DNA from: Octopus sinensis | Lineage: Eukaryota | DNA: 64,000 bases | Direction: 5' to 3' | Assembly: GCF_006345805.1 (NCBI RefSeq) | Contig: NC_042999.1 | Span: 132,680,001 to 132,744,000, forward strand | Shown: positions 25,331-39,182 of the stretch, piece by piece | Position numbering within the stretch: position 1 is the stretch's first letter | How the letters are laid out: the number at the start of each line of letters is the position of its first letter | Notes under the pieces: generated by a model | Told to the model about the DNA's origin: nothing | Seen by the model: only the letters and a program-made list of their open reading frames with translations | The model's database searches: none | Made by a program: the position numbers and the translations under genes

Positions 25331-25740
25331 GTTACTGATGATGATTTCATGTGAGTTTGTTTTTGGTGAAGATGAAACTCTTATACGTAACAAACAGAGT
25401 CCAAAATATCAGGATGTGAAAGTAAAAAAAGAAAAAAAAAAAAAAGAAAGAAACCAATGGAAAACAAGGCAAAAAAAACCCCAAAACAACAATACTAAAT
25501 AATTAAATAAATTCTTTGAAAGAAGGATTAATATTTAAGATTTACGTTACTTCTTTTATCGGTATTTAAATGACATGTTAAGCAGTGATTTATTAGCTTC
25601 GAGAAAACACCTCCACACACCAACAAATATATCCACATCGACATGAAAACAAAATGTAAAAATAATGATAGATATATGTCGTACACCTCCCTCTCCCTCT
25701 CCCTCTCTCTCTTTTTATCTCTCTCTCTCTCTCTCTTTTC

Positions 25741-25772
<32 letters not shown>

Positions 25773-25974
25773 TTCCCTCTCTCGCTACCTATCTCTTTTT
25801 CTCTGTCTCCGTTATATATTTCTATGCATGCACACTAACGTGCATAATGTTTCTACTCATACACTCACACACACACACTTACACACACACACACACACAC
25901 ATCTATGATACATCTGTTTAAACTATACATACTGTATATACGAAAATAGATGCACCCGATCATGCACACACACA

Positions 25975-26021
<47 letters not shown>

Positions 26022-26024
<3 letters not shown>

Positions 26025-26185
26025 AAGGGGGTGCGCAAAAGTTCCTGGTTTTAAGGGTATCTCGAAAGTCCTGGCTGGAAGCTCAACTTTCCAAGTTCTT
26101 TTACAGAGCTCAGAAAAACTGAAATACCGTGGCAGTAAGTGTGTGAATCTGAGAAGAATACGTTAAATAAAATCATAATTAAGTG
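26022..26185 (+). mobile_element. mariner-derived MITE-like deletion derivative
   Basis: TIR-like GGGGGTGCGCAAAAGTTCCTGG joined to transposase tail KLKYRGSKCVNLRREYVK*; homologous to 45545-45700. Confidence 0.65.
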
Positions 26186-26214
26186 TTTCCCTTGCATTTT
26201 CTTTTACCTAAATA

Positions 26215-26373
26215 TCATAGGCTTGGCTGTGTGGTAAGACGCTTGCTTCCCAATCACATGGTTCTTGGTTCAAACCCCTTGAGAGGCAACTTCAGCAAGC
26301 GACTTCAACTATGGTCTCGGGCCGGCCAAAGGCATAAGTGGATTTGGTTGACAGAAACTGAAAGAAACCTCGA

Positions 26374-26407
<34 letters not shown>

Positions 26408-26905
26408 GTATATATATATGTGTGCGTGTGTGCATTTTGTGTGTGTTGTGTATGTGTGTGTATTGTCTGTATGTGTGTATGTCTTTGTGTCTGTTTATCC
26501 TCCCATCAGCGCTTGACAACAGGTGTTTGCGAATTTGTCTCCGTACCTAGCGGTTCAACAAGAGACCGATAGAACAAGTACCAGGCTTTAAGGCGGCGAG
26601 CTGGTAGAAACGTTAGCACGCCGGGCGAAATGCGTATCCGTATTTCGTCTGTCTTTATGTTCTGAGTTCAAATTCCGACGTTGCCTTTCATCCTTACGGG
26701 GTCGATAAATTAATTACTAGTTACGTACTGGGGCCGATCTAATCGACTGGCCCCCATCCCCTAAAATTTCGGGCCTTGTGCCTAGAGTAGAAAAGAATAA
26801 TTACTAGGCTTAAAAGAAAATACTGGGGTTGATTCGTTCGACTTAACTGCTTCAAGGTGGCGCCCCAGCATGGCCACAGTCTAATGACTGACAGAGGTAA
26901 AAGAT
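26215..26905 (+). mobile_element. SINE family B with nested family A insertion (26591-26798)
   Basis: B tail interrupted; degenerate 15-bp TSD AAGTACCAGGCTTTA / AATTACTAGGCTTAA. Confidence 0.75.
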
Positions 26906-27194
26906 GTATGTGTATGTGTGTGTGCATAGCAGTGCAGACACGCTATCTTTAAGATGGCATGTTTTACATTGGTTTGATATCATATATTCTATACTGTATA
27001 TGAATAAGTATACATATGGCAAGCATGTGGGGGAGTACTATCAAGACATGCGACATAAATAAAGCTCGAACATCAATAGTGGAAAACGTAAGGTAGAGCA
27101 ATAAGATAAAATGAAAATATGTCAAAAGGACGGGCATTTATAAAACGAGACGTTACTACTTAATTACTGCCAATAAACTTTATAAGACATATAT

Positions 27195-27612
27195 ATTTCT
27201 TTACTGCCCACAAGGAGCTAAACATAGAGGGGACAAACAAGGACAAACAAACGGATTAAGTCGATTACATCGACCCCAGTGCGAAACTGGTACTTTATTT
27301 ATCGACCCCGAAAGGATGAAAAGCAAAGTCGACCTCGGCGGAATTTGAACTCAGAACGTAACAGCAGACGAAATACCTATTTCTTTATTACCCACAAGGG
27401 GCTAAACACAGAGGGGACAAACAAGGACAGACATAGGTATTAAGTCGATTACATTGACCCCAGTGCGAAACTGGTACTTTATTTATCGACCCCCCCGAAA
27501 GGATGAAAAGCAAAGTCGACCTCGGCGGAATTTGAACTCAGAACGTAACAGCAGACGAAATACCGCTAAGCATTTCGCCCGGCGTGCTAACGTTTCTGCC
27601 AGCTCGCCGCCT
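27195..27612 (-). mobile_element. Young SINE family A 1.7-mer inside one 16-bp TSD
   Basis: TTTATAAGACATATAT at 27179-27194 and 27621-27636; two near-identical units. Confidence 0.9.
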
Positions 27613-28599
27613 TAATATATTTTATAAGACATATATCAAATATATACACAAAACGATGCACTTTTAATACAGTTAATTTTCGTTACTAAACACAATATCA
27701 TCGTGAAAACAGTCATCCTATTTACGTTTATATAAACCATAACCTACGTACCTTCTTTGAAACGATGTGTGATCACAATTCTCTTGATTCATTGACACAA
27801 GGTGTCTTCACCTTGTGGTGCCTTTTTATTCAAAGTTACCCACGGAGTATTAAACTAAATAAAAATTTTGGTTCTTATGAAATCCGGGATACAAATTATT
27901 TGTTGATGCATGCTGATGTCTTCCAAACCGATAACCAAATTATCCCGAACATGGAGAACAGCGAGAATGAACACGTTCCGGCACATTTGAAATTGAATGT
28001 GATTATTGCTGCTGTATTTCGTCTTCCGAGAACTCCTACTTCTAGACGATTTGTGTTCAAAACGCACTCGATTCATTGACGAATGGGACATTGAGACACT
28101 AGTGTTTCGATCAGGTGGTGTCTCTTTAGTTTAAGCTATCAACAGATTAATGCAACTAAACTAGAAGCTCTTGTTTATAGTATCCAGCAAACAAATTCTT
28201 TGCTGATGCATGCCCCATCTGGTCTTCTCCGAAGACTGAATATAACGGCTATTATTATATTATGCTCGAATATACCGGAACATAATAAGAATGGATGTGT
28301 ACGTCCTCCTTTGATTCTTGCTTTTCTCCATACACAGGAAAAATTATTGTCGGTTGTATTCTTGTAATGTTAGCAGTGTTACTGTTGGTGATAGTTATAG
28401 TGCTAATGTTTGTAATAGTACTACTTAGCGTGGACTTTCCTCTCGTAGATAAGAGGCATGCAATATTTTTCTGAACAAGGTGCACAAATGATTTTTTATA
28501 GAGATCAAAGCGCAGGCGTGGGTGTGTGGTAAGAAGCTTGCTTCTTAACCACAAGGCTCTGGGTAGATGGAAATTGAAAGAAGCTATATATAGGTGAGA

Positions 28600-28898
28600 A
28601 AGTTGGTGTGTGAAGGCACGTGGTTGGATATATAAAAAATAGAAAAGAGTGAAAAAACTACAGAAGGCTTGTTTTATAAGGTTAAAGAATATATTTAAGT
28701 CGTTATGTTAGAAAAATGTTATAAAATTTTGTGTATAGTAACATAGTTTTTGGAGAAAAACCGGTTTCGTGTAAGCTTTTCAATTTCTCAAATTTCTTTA
28801 CCTACATCGTGTCATGTCTTCATTATGAAGTGCAAAGGAGAGTTCCAGGCAGGGGCAGGTAATAAGGGATTTCTTCCGGTATAAGGGAGATAATCACT

Positions 28899-28929
<31 letters not shown>

Positions 28930-29340
28930 TTTTTTAATGAGATGAGTTTCTCCGTATAAGAATGTTAGGATGGTTAAGTTCAGGCTTATATTTTTCAATG
29001 AAGAATGTTTCCTTATTTAATCTAATTTGTGTTGGTGTTCCAATAGCACATTGATAGAATGGAAAGATTAAAAATTGTGGTTGTAGTTACTTTGCGCATT
29101 TCTCAATATGCTCACTAAAGGGTATTATTCTGTATTTGGGAATGCAATCTGTTGTCGATGCAGTGAATGCTCCTATCGGATGAAGTCATAGCGTTACTTC
29201 ATTTTCCCTTTCTCAAAGTTTTCTTGCCAGAGTTAATGGAAATGCTTTACCACTGCCTTCCCCAGTTGGATAACCGTTGTCCTGCAAGGAACTCATCCGG
29301 CCTTCGACAGGTCTTGTTTTAGTTCTGCTTGGTGTTCAGA
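28600..29340 (-). mobile_element. Penelope-like element relic (endonuclease C-terminus + 3' repeat)
   Basis: RIIPFSEHIEKCAK*LQPQFLIFPFYQCAIGTPTQIRLNKETFFIEKYKPELN at about 28972-29130 (E...I....P.LN GIY-YIG tail); degenerate hammerhead half-motif GAAACCGGUU near 28760. Confidence 0.6.
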
Positions 29341-29654
29341 TACCCTCCTCACAAGAGTAGCAGAGTAGTAGCAAGCTACTCAAGTGAGGCAGCCAGTTTA
29401 GTCGCCGACCATTCGACCAGGAAATAGGTAGAACCGATTTACATGATACCAGTAGCAGAACTCAAATCTGTGGTGAAATCCCTGATCTGATTGAGGTATA
29501 GAGTGTTAGTGTGAGTGATATTATTGTTGGTTGTTCTCGTGGTGAAGGTGATGAGAGTGCGGACGGAATAGATGGTACAAGTGTTGGTGGCAATGCAGTA
29601 GACGTTGGTGGTTGAACCAGCTTCCAGCAATGTGGTTAATATGTGTGAATTGGT

Positions 29655-29882
29655 ATTCTTTTATTCTTTTACTTATTTCACTCATTTGGCTGTGGCCATG
29701 CTGGAGCACTGCCTTTTAGTCGAAAGAATCGACCATATGACTTATTCTTTGCGGGCCTGGTACTTATTCTATCGGTTTCTTTTGCCGAACCGCTAATTTG
29801 CGGGAACGTAAATATAACTACTTCGGTTGTCAAGCGATGGTTGAGGTACAAACTCAGACACAAAGACACACAGACCCACCCC

Positions 29883-29932
<50 letters not shown>

Positions 29933-30152
29933 AAGGATAAAATCATAAATGATTTTTACCAAGTGGTCAGCGCGGAAATAAAACCTCGTAAGTAAATTAA
30001 TATAAATATTTTATAATTATATACATAATTTTAACACGGGCTTTTTGCAGCGCCTCACCACGCACTGAAAAATAGATGTCAAAAGACACTATTGCCACCA
30101 TAAATTCTCCGAGAAAAACACACTACATATGTATATGTATTATGTATATAAT

Positions 30153-30219
<67 letters not shown>

Positions 30220-30324
30220 CCTGCTCGCTTAGCCAGCGGGGTGGCGTCATTTGAAGGTTAAAACAATGCGAAGCGCATTGTGACCAGTGATGTGTAGCAA
30301 CATCCGATAGCCTGGTCGGTCACG

Positions 30325-30370
<46 letters not shown>

Positions 30371-30522
30371 ATGGGCTTCTCTTCAGTTTCCGTCTACCAA
30401 ATCCACTCACAAGGGTTTGGTCGGCCCGAGGTTATAGTAGAAGACACTTTCCCTAGGTACCTCGCAGAGGGACTGAACTTAGGACCATGTAGTTAGGAAG
30501 CAAGATTCTTATTATACAGTCA
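29655..30522 (-). mobile_element. SINE family B split by inserts in its internal (TA)n
   Basis: 3' part about 29655-29882 and head about 30369-30522, with TA arrays and two foreign segments between. Confidence 0.7.
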
Positions 30523-30818
30523 CGCCTGCGCCTATTTAATAACATAACACCGCTATACTTAGTGGCTATTTAAGCATTGGGTTCTCTTGTTAGTTTACAT
30601 CCTGACGTCTCGGATACGAAACGTTGCAACAAAAATCAGTGCTAGCTATAATATCTGTTGTAAATCTTGTAGAGATGACCTTAACACGTTGGCAGCGTTG
30701 GTGGTAGAGATATCAATAATGTTAGTAGTAAATATGTTAATAGTTTTGGTGGTAGAAATGTTGGTAGATATTTTAATGGTGTTGGTCAGAGATATATTAT
30801 AGCATTGGTGTTAGACAA

Positions 30819-31218
30819 AGGCGCAGGAGTGGCTGTGTGGTAAGTAGCTTGTTTACCAACCACATGGTTCCGGGTTCAGTCCCACTGCGTGGCACCTTGG
30901 GCAAGTGTCTTCTACTATAGCCTCGGGCCGACCAAAGCCGTGTGAGTGGATTTGGTAGACGGAAACTGAAAGAAGCCCGTCGTATATATGTATATATATA
31001 TATATAAGCGTGTGTGTGTATGTGTGTCTGTGTTTGTCCCTCTAGCATCAGTTGACAACCGATGCTGGTGTGTTTATGTCCCCGTTACTTAGCGGTTCGG
31101 CAAAAGAGACCGATAGAATAAGTACTGGGCTTACAAAAAGAATAAGTCCCGGGGTCGAATTGCTCGATTAAAGGCGGTGCTCCAGCATGGCCACAGTCAA
31201 TTGACTGAAACAAGTAAA
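30819..31218 (+). mobile_element. Near-intact SINE family B (tRNA head + CORE/MIR-like GCACCTTGGGCAAGTGTCTT)
   Basis: A-box TGGCTGTGTGG, B-box GGTTCAGTCCC, internal microsatellite, tail CCAGCATGGCCACAGTC..TGAAACAAGTAAAA. Confidence 0.85.
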
Positions 31219-31959
31219 AAGAGAGAGACACGCTAGTAGTGTTAACGGAAAACATAATATAAGTGTTGATGCTAGAGATATTAGTAGATTTGGTGGTAGA
31301 ACTGCCCGTAGAGTTGATGATAGATAACTTAATAGTGTTGGCAGAGGCTTAGCTAAGTTCTAAAGTTAAGGGGAACGAGCAATTATAAAAAAGGCATCGT
31401 GACACATACCAAACAATTTTAAACTCATTTCTCTTATATTTCGCGAAATATTTCATTAGTTATAATAATATACGCAACTGTATTCTACACTCATTAATTT
31501 CATGTTCCAGTAACAATGTCATTATGTATAAATCTTACAACAACTGATATAAGTAACTAAAGAGTTAGAAAAAATTGTTGAGTAAGCGCCAATTTTGAAA
31601 AATGTTCTCATTTAGAGGGGGACCATTGAGTGTTGGTGGTAGAAATGTTAGTAGAAACTTTTGTCTACATATAGGCCAATTTGTCTTTTTTAACTTTCAT
31701 TAAACCCAGTCAATCCTGTATACATCACTACCTCCTAACCTACTTATCAGCGCATTACCTCCCCTTAACATATTGCTAACCTAACTAGCATACACCAATC
31801 CAAACCTACATTATAAATCAATAAACAATATAGCTAATCCATATTCTACGCTACACTACTCCAAACCCACATTACAAACCAATAATTATATACCTATTCT
31901 ACATCCTACGCTAGCCTGTTTATTCCTATACTTCTTTTTAGTCGAGAACCACCAACGAT

Positions 31960-32640
31960 AATTACACGCAAATTTTCCCCTTCCGACGTTTCTTCTCTGT
32001 GCACTCTTCATAACTAAATATTATTACGGCAACGAGTCCCCCTACACGTTAGATCGGACCGACGCTCGTTTTATACTTTACATTTATATACGGCTTCCTT
32101 TATAAATACGAACCGCCTACAACCTATAACTTACTGATCCGGTTATCCATTTAGAGTTAACTCTCTTACATTACATCGCCAGTCAACTCCCAGAAGTCAC
32201 AGATATGTGGAAGCCATGCTAGTAAACGACCACGAGGTCACAGGTTCAACTGCTGTTCTTCCACCACCGCACAACAGACTTAACAACGCAGTGAACCTAA
32301 CTATAATGTAAGACTTTCGAACCTTTGATCATTTTCTTCTCCGATGTAACCCTCTACCTTTCGCTCTTCTCTACCTCTGACTTCTTCCTTCTGATGATGT
32401 CTACCAATGGCAACGAGGCAAAAATATAAATCTATATTTTCTTCACCATGGTACACAGAAACGATCGTAAACTCACTCCCACTCTCACCTTTCGTAACTA
32501 ATTAAATAATGGCTTCCTAGCACAAAAGACACACTTCTTATTGTTATTTTCCCTCCGTTTTCTTATCGACTATATAAATTAAACTACGGTTTACCCGCCA
32601 AATGATCTGCTGCCATATACCTTTTACCAAGGACTATACC
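31960..32640 (+). mobile_element. Highly degenerate Penelope-like relic (tentative)
   Basis: Weak fragments (LNNAVNL; YKLNYGLPAK) and decayed hammerhead half-motifs. Confidence 0.25.
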
Positions 32641-32739
32641 TACTGATGTAATTACCAGGAGTGCCTTTGGATACAACTATCCCTTAGAAGTTTTAAAAAC
32701 TCTAACTTATACCTGCATAACGTGTATATAGGAAAAACA

Positions 32740-32774
<35 letters not shown>

Positions 32775-33567
32775 ATATCTGTATGTGTGTGAGTGTGTAC
32801 AGTGGTGTTGGTAGAAATGTAGACTGTGTTGGCGCTGGAGATATTACTGGTGTGTGCATGGAAGAGATGTTAGTGACGTAGTTAAGTGTGGTTTGGGTGG
32901 CGACGGAAGGGGTGGTTTGTCTGAAGTAGTTAGTGAAGGTAAACTCAGAAATTGAAAGCTAGCTGAGAAAGCTTATTGTTTTTATTTTTAATATTATTGT
33001 TTTTCCTATTTTCAATTTGGAACTTATCAAGTTGCTTATTTAATAGACATATGCCGTAGGAGCCATATTATTTGTCTGCTTCGATCTAGACAGTGATCGA
33101 ATTAAATGGACTTAATCTGACAGATGCAATCTGCTTTAGGCCCTAAGCCAAAATGGCACATTTGAAAGCCACAAACACAGCCGACACTTCCACTCATCTT
33201 GCTTATATTGTTTGTCTTGTATTTTTCTACTCCACTCATTCACCATTTGCTCCGCCAACTAAGTTTGATGTCTTACAGCATACACATACCTAACTTGCAG
33301 ACTTTCAGAGGCCAATTTTAAATGTAGTGTCTGTATTAGCTAAGAAGTCATTCTTTGTGTACACACACACACACCACACACACACACACACACACATACA
33401 CACACACACACTCTCTCTTTCACACACGCACACACTCTTAAACATACTTACCAACATAAATGTACGCACTCATGCATGCCTGCATAACATATGTGTGTGT
33501 GTGTGTGTTTATATACATACATAACTATATGTGTATGCATGCATGTACGTACGTGTATGTCAGTGCG

Positions 33568-33633
<66 letters not shown>

Positions 33634-34084
33634 AATCTATCTATCTATGTCTACATAGGCAGAGGACACTATTCTAATATAGATGCGTTCAAGCATTCAA
33701 TCACGTTTATACGCATGCATACATACATACATGCATTCTTGAATGGATGTGTATATGAAAACGTACGTACCCCCCTCACACACATACACACAGGCACACA
33801 CACACACACACACACACCAAGGAAGAGAAGGATGAGCGACGGAAAAGATAAATACGTAGATAGATAGAAATAGGTAACACAGAGAGAAATACATATAAAG
33901 CATAAAGCGTTTTTGCACAACAGGAATATACACAATGTACAATTAGACTAAAACTATGCATAGACGTAGAGACATAGCCAGATATACCAATAGAATTCAA
34001 CAGCCACATCCTACATACAAATATCAACTCCAAACATAAAACCTAAAAGACGATATAGAAAAACAAATTTTTACACGTACGTAC

Positions 34085-34700
34085 GAGGCGGTGAGCTGGA
34101 AAAATTATTAGCAAGCAAGACAAAAATACTAAACGGTGTTCTTTTTGGCTTTATGTTCTGAGTTCAAAAACCGCTGCGGTTGACTTAACCTGTCATCCTT
34201 TCGGAGTCGATGAAATATGTACCACTGGAGCACTGGAGTCGATGTAATAGATTTACTCCTCCCCTAAAATTGCTGGCCTTGCGCCAAAATTTGAAGCCAT
34301 TATATAACTAAATAGAAAGTCGATGAGGTGGCAGAATCGTGAGTCTGTATGGCAAAATGCTTAGCTACACTTCGTCCGTCTTTACGTTCTGAATTCAAAA
34401 TCCCGCGGCTGTCGATTTTGCCAACCATTCTTTCGAGGTCAATAAATTAAGTACCAGTCGAGCACTGGGATCGATGCAGTCGATTTACCCCACTCCTAAA
34501 GAAGTTGCTGGCTTTGAACCAAAATCTGAAATCATCATACAACTAAATACCTTATCGATATACACTCACCCATGAGTTGGCAGAGTCGTTAGAACACCAG
34601 ACAGAATAATGAGCAGGATTTGTTCCGAATCTCTGTACTCTGACTTCAAATTCTACCGAGGTCAACTTTGCTTTTATTCTTTCGAGGGGTGATTAAAAAA
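34085..34700 (+). mobile_element. Three tandem SINE family A copies
   Basis: Heads at about 34085, 34325 and 34575; first two share the downstream flank CAT.ATA.AACTAAATA. Confidence 0.75.
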
Positions 34701-35613
34701 CAACAGTCAGTGCGAATACCCCAAGGGTGGATTGGCGTCAGACTAGATGCAGTGCGTTCATTGTTCCGGCTCTTTGCGTTCTGAGTACAAACCCTACCAT
34801 AGGCTATTTGAGTGGTGGACTTAACCGTCGCCCGGTTTAACAGCACCACTAGGGTGAGTTAGCGAAGTCTACTCTATTACAAGGATGCGGATTAGGTATC
34901 CAGTGTGAGAATACCTTCCTTCTACTTTCCCACTAGTCTCACAGGGTCATACACGCACCTAAATAAATATGTATGTATTGCATGTCTCTCTCTCTCTCTT
35001 TGAAAGTCCATGTCTGTCTACCGAAATGTGCATACATACCCAAAATCGGTCCTGAATAATGAAAGAAGAAAAACACGGCACCGAAGGTCTCCATGGGACG
35101 ATATAAATGAATATGGTAATCTGCATGCTCAACGGTGTTCACACACACGCACACAGTTTTAAGTTGTATAAACTAATACAACGACAAAACAGCAGTTGAC
35201 AGACATCATACACACGATTTTATTCGTGATGAAGTGTTGGAAACAGAAACCGGTAGCTATCAACACTTTTTTCTGTAAATTTCCTGGAGAAGGAGTCCTA
35301 ACCCTCAAATATTGAAATACCAGGCAATAGCACTAACCACCTACTATTATTATTAATTTTTGCAACTTGCATTGTTGAAGCATAAGAAATATTCAAATCA
35401 AAACACACACATATATTCGCGAGCGTGAAAAAAACACGGCTTGGTTCTCAGACATTTGAAAGCAAAATCCTTGCTTCAGAATACCCCTGTCACTGGTTGT
35501 GTCTTTGACACGCCCAGGGAACTTACAGTAACACGGAGAGCTACGTCGGCTTGCTAACTTAATCAGCATAACACACGAAACTCTCGGACCTCAAGTCTCG
35601 CTCTTACTTCTGC

Positions 35614-35675
<62 letters not shown>

Positions 35676-35700
35676 AACACACACACACACACACACACAC

Positions 35701-35791
<91 letters not shown>

Positions 35792-36114
35792 GAATTCTAT
35801 AATTATAACCATAATTATAATTAGGGCTCACCAAAATTTCCATCACCACATACCGAACTTTAGAAATAGCAGTTAAATACTATTCCAACTACCAAGCGCC
35901 ATCGAATAGCATATATCCAAAAACCAGTACTTCCGAATTCAGACAGACGAATGAGATCTCGCATCCTTCCTCAATCAGCCACGTGTGCTACGAGTAATTC
36001 CGCAGAAATTGCAGTTTACTATCAGGGAGTGAATTATATTACTAATAATAATAATAATAAAGGGTAAAAATTACTTAATTTATAATTATTAATTGATGAA
36101 TTAATTTTACCCAT

Positions 36115-36146
<32 letters not shown>

Positions 36147-36461
36147 TATATATATAATTATATACATTTAGAGAAGGAAAATGCTAACAGTCTATATAAA
36201 TTTATATATTTTAAAGTATAAAATGTGATAGCTGACCAGTTTTGCGTTTCTCTAATCATGACACTAAATTTGGGGAAATACTGTAATTTCGTATTTTCCA
36301 TGTTGCATGCATGATAGTTTGTTTGTAAATGAATCACCATGTAGAAAAAAATCTGGCGGGAAGTAATTGGTAATTGTTATTATTCGGGACAGAGGAGGTA
36401 ATTGTGGTGAGGAGAAAATTTATAAAGTAGCGAGATAAGATACACACACACACACACAACA

Positions 36462-36541
<80 letters not shown>

Positions 36542-36544
36542 GTT

Positions 36545-37362
36545 TGTGGGTACTGCAGTACCGAACTGAAATCAATACAGCAGTTTACATACCTGGGCTG
36601 CATCATCTCATTCGATGCAAGGATCGACAAAGAAATTGAAAATAGACTCTCTAAGGCAAATAGGTCCTTTGGCAGATTGTACAAACGTGTTTGGCACAAT
36701 AATAACCTGAAGAACAAAACAAAGATCAGTGTCTACAGGGCCGTGGTTCTCACCACTCTTCAGAGACCTGGATCACTTACCGCAGCCACATCCGTCTCCT
36801 CGAGCGCTTCCACCAACGATGTCACCGCACCATCCTCAACATTCACTGTAGTGACTTCGTCACAAACATTGAAGTCTTGGAGCGGGCCGAGATCCCCAGC
36901 ATTGAAACCATGCTACTGAAGTCCCACCTCCGATGGGCAGGGCATATCTCCAGAATGGAGAACCATCGCCTTCCAAAGATTGACCTGTTTGGCGAACTCT
37001 CCACCAGCCACTTTGTGAGAGGAGCTCCGAGGAAGCGCTACAAAGACTGCCTCAAGAAGTCTCTAAAAGCATGTCATATTAACCACCAATGCTGTTCAGA
37101 CCTGGCTGTGGACCGTGATGTTTGGTGCCACACAATCTTCAACGCAGTAGAGCAAGTTTGAGGAACGATGAAGAGACGCGCTTAAAGACAAGAGACGCAG
37201 GAGGAAGGCATGAGCCACCTCTGACACCACACCGGATGTTACCTTCGTCTGTGGGCACTGCTCACGGACCTGTCTTTCCTGTATCGGACTTGTCAGTCAT
37301 GATCGTGCATGCACGCAATGTGGACAGCCTTCCTGATCTTCGTTCGCGAAGCTGAGCCATGA
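36545..37362 (+). mobile_element. 5'-truncated RTE-clade LINE (BovB-like), 3' end intact
   Basis: QFTYLGCIIS.DARIDKEI..R.SKA..SFGRLYKRVW, HLRWAGHISRMENHRLPK..FGEL, CGHCSRTCLSCIGLVSH..C, tail TGATCTTCGTTCGCGAAGCTGAGCCA. Confidence 0.9.
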
Positions 37363-37363
37363 C

Positions 37364-37415
<52 letters not shown>

Positions 37416-39075
37416 TTGGAAATGGAAGCTTGGCGTTCAATTAAATAATAATGATAAATATCTATATATGCATATGTATACATACACTTCCCCCCATATA
37501 TATATATATATATATATCTATATATATATATATATATATAATATATATAAAGGAATACAAAAAGGGTCAAGAAAACACAAGGAGTTTTCTTTCTTCAGTC
37601 ATGTTCCAGATTATCTTTGCAATTTCGGCTGGTTATATTCGAGATTGCTCCAAACTGGCCAGCCCCAAGGAAAAACCAAACTAAGAGCACTAGATTCCTT
37701 GGAAGAAAGCAACGAATGTATGCGAAAATAAGGACGGAAAAAACGGAGAAATGGTGCACAAACACAACTGCAAATAAGAGGACATTAACAACAGATGTCT
37801 TTCAACTAAGGACGAATTATATTAAGCTGGAGCGTGTGGAAGTGAAGTTTTACGGCAGGGACATAAGGAATGACAGGCATGGAGAGGGATATAGATAATG
37901 CACGGATGGTAATCGAACCAAGAAAGAAAGGTCAGGCTTGGCCGAACACCGTTCACGTGGAGTAAGAGGTAGAGGCAGGGGGATAGAAGAATTAGGGAGG
38001 GACGACGAAAAGAGACAAGAGACAGAGTGAAGTGAAAGAGGAGGGAAAGTGAGAATGTGAGAGAGGGGGAACGAAAGAAAGAAGAGTGGAAAGAACGAAG
38101 TGTTAGGGGGCTGATAGAAAGAAAGAAAGACTGCAAGAATAAGAGATTCGTACAAAATTTAGATATATATAATAGAATATATATATAAAAAAAAGGACTG
38201 AGAAATCTAAGAATAAGGACGTAGTGTAAAGAACCTAGCTACAATGCTTCCCAGGTAATCAAACGAAATATTAGGTTAAATAATTGTTGAAATGTAGTAA
38301 AACTATATTTTACGAAATCAATGCTAATTATAAATGAAAGAGTGAAGGTGAAAAAAAGAGATGTGTGTGTGTGTATGTCCATATATATATATGTATGTAT
38401 GTGTGTATATATATATATGTGTATGTGCGTATATCTATATGAATATAAGATGTATATATATACATATATGTTTATATATATATATATATATATATAGACA
38501 GAGAGAGAGAGAGAGATTTAAATATGTAGAAATGTTGGGTGACTGGGGGATACGTATATAATTAAGTTAATTTGAGATGAAATTAAATAAAAAAAAAACA
38601 ATAATTAGTTCAACAGAAATTAATTATGCATGTAATATGAGACGTTAAAAATAGAGAATAATGAGGAAACGATTCATTAACATTGTATGTTATGTGAGTT
38701 ATCTAAGGGAAATTAAAAAAAAAACGTTTTATTGAACCGGTGGGAACAACAGATCAATAATGCATTTCAATTAATAATATGACTAGACTTATATATCTTA
38801 GGATTTTGTATGCCTCCATAGAACGCGAATTACAACTCCCGTTGTTCCTTTATACGGAAGTGTGGTACGTACAACCGACTACGAAACAACGTATTTAATA
38901 TTCTTTTCCAGGAGGTCCCGAATTCACTATATTTAATGCAGGAGCCAGATCTGCCACTCTGACTCACTTCAAACTCTCCCAATCAGCGTATTCATTAGCA
39001 AGGACACAACACTCTTGGATTATTTGGAACAGTAGGGCTTTCTGTATCTGTTGCTCACAGTGTGCGAGTCTGTCC

Positions 39076-39182
<107 letters not shown>

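Noticed and set aside
38899-39060. Open frame GGPEFTIFNAGARSATLTHFK.. after a TTCTTTTCCAG acceptor
   Set aside because: No convincing donor, no recognisable domain, and it runs into a microsatellite
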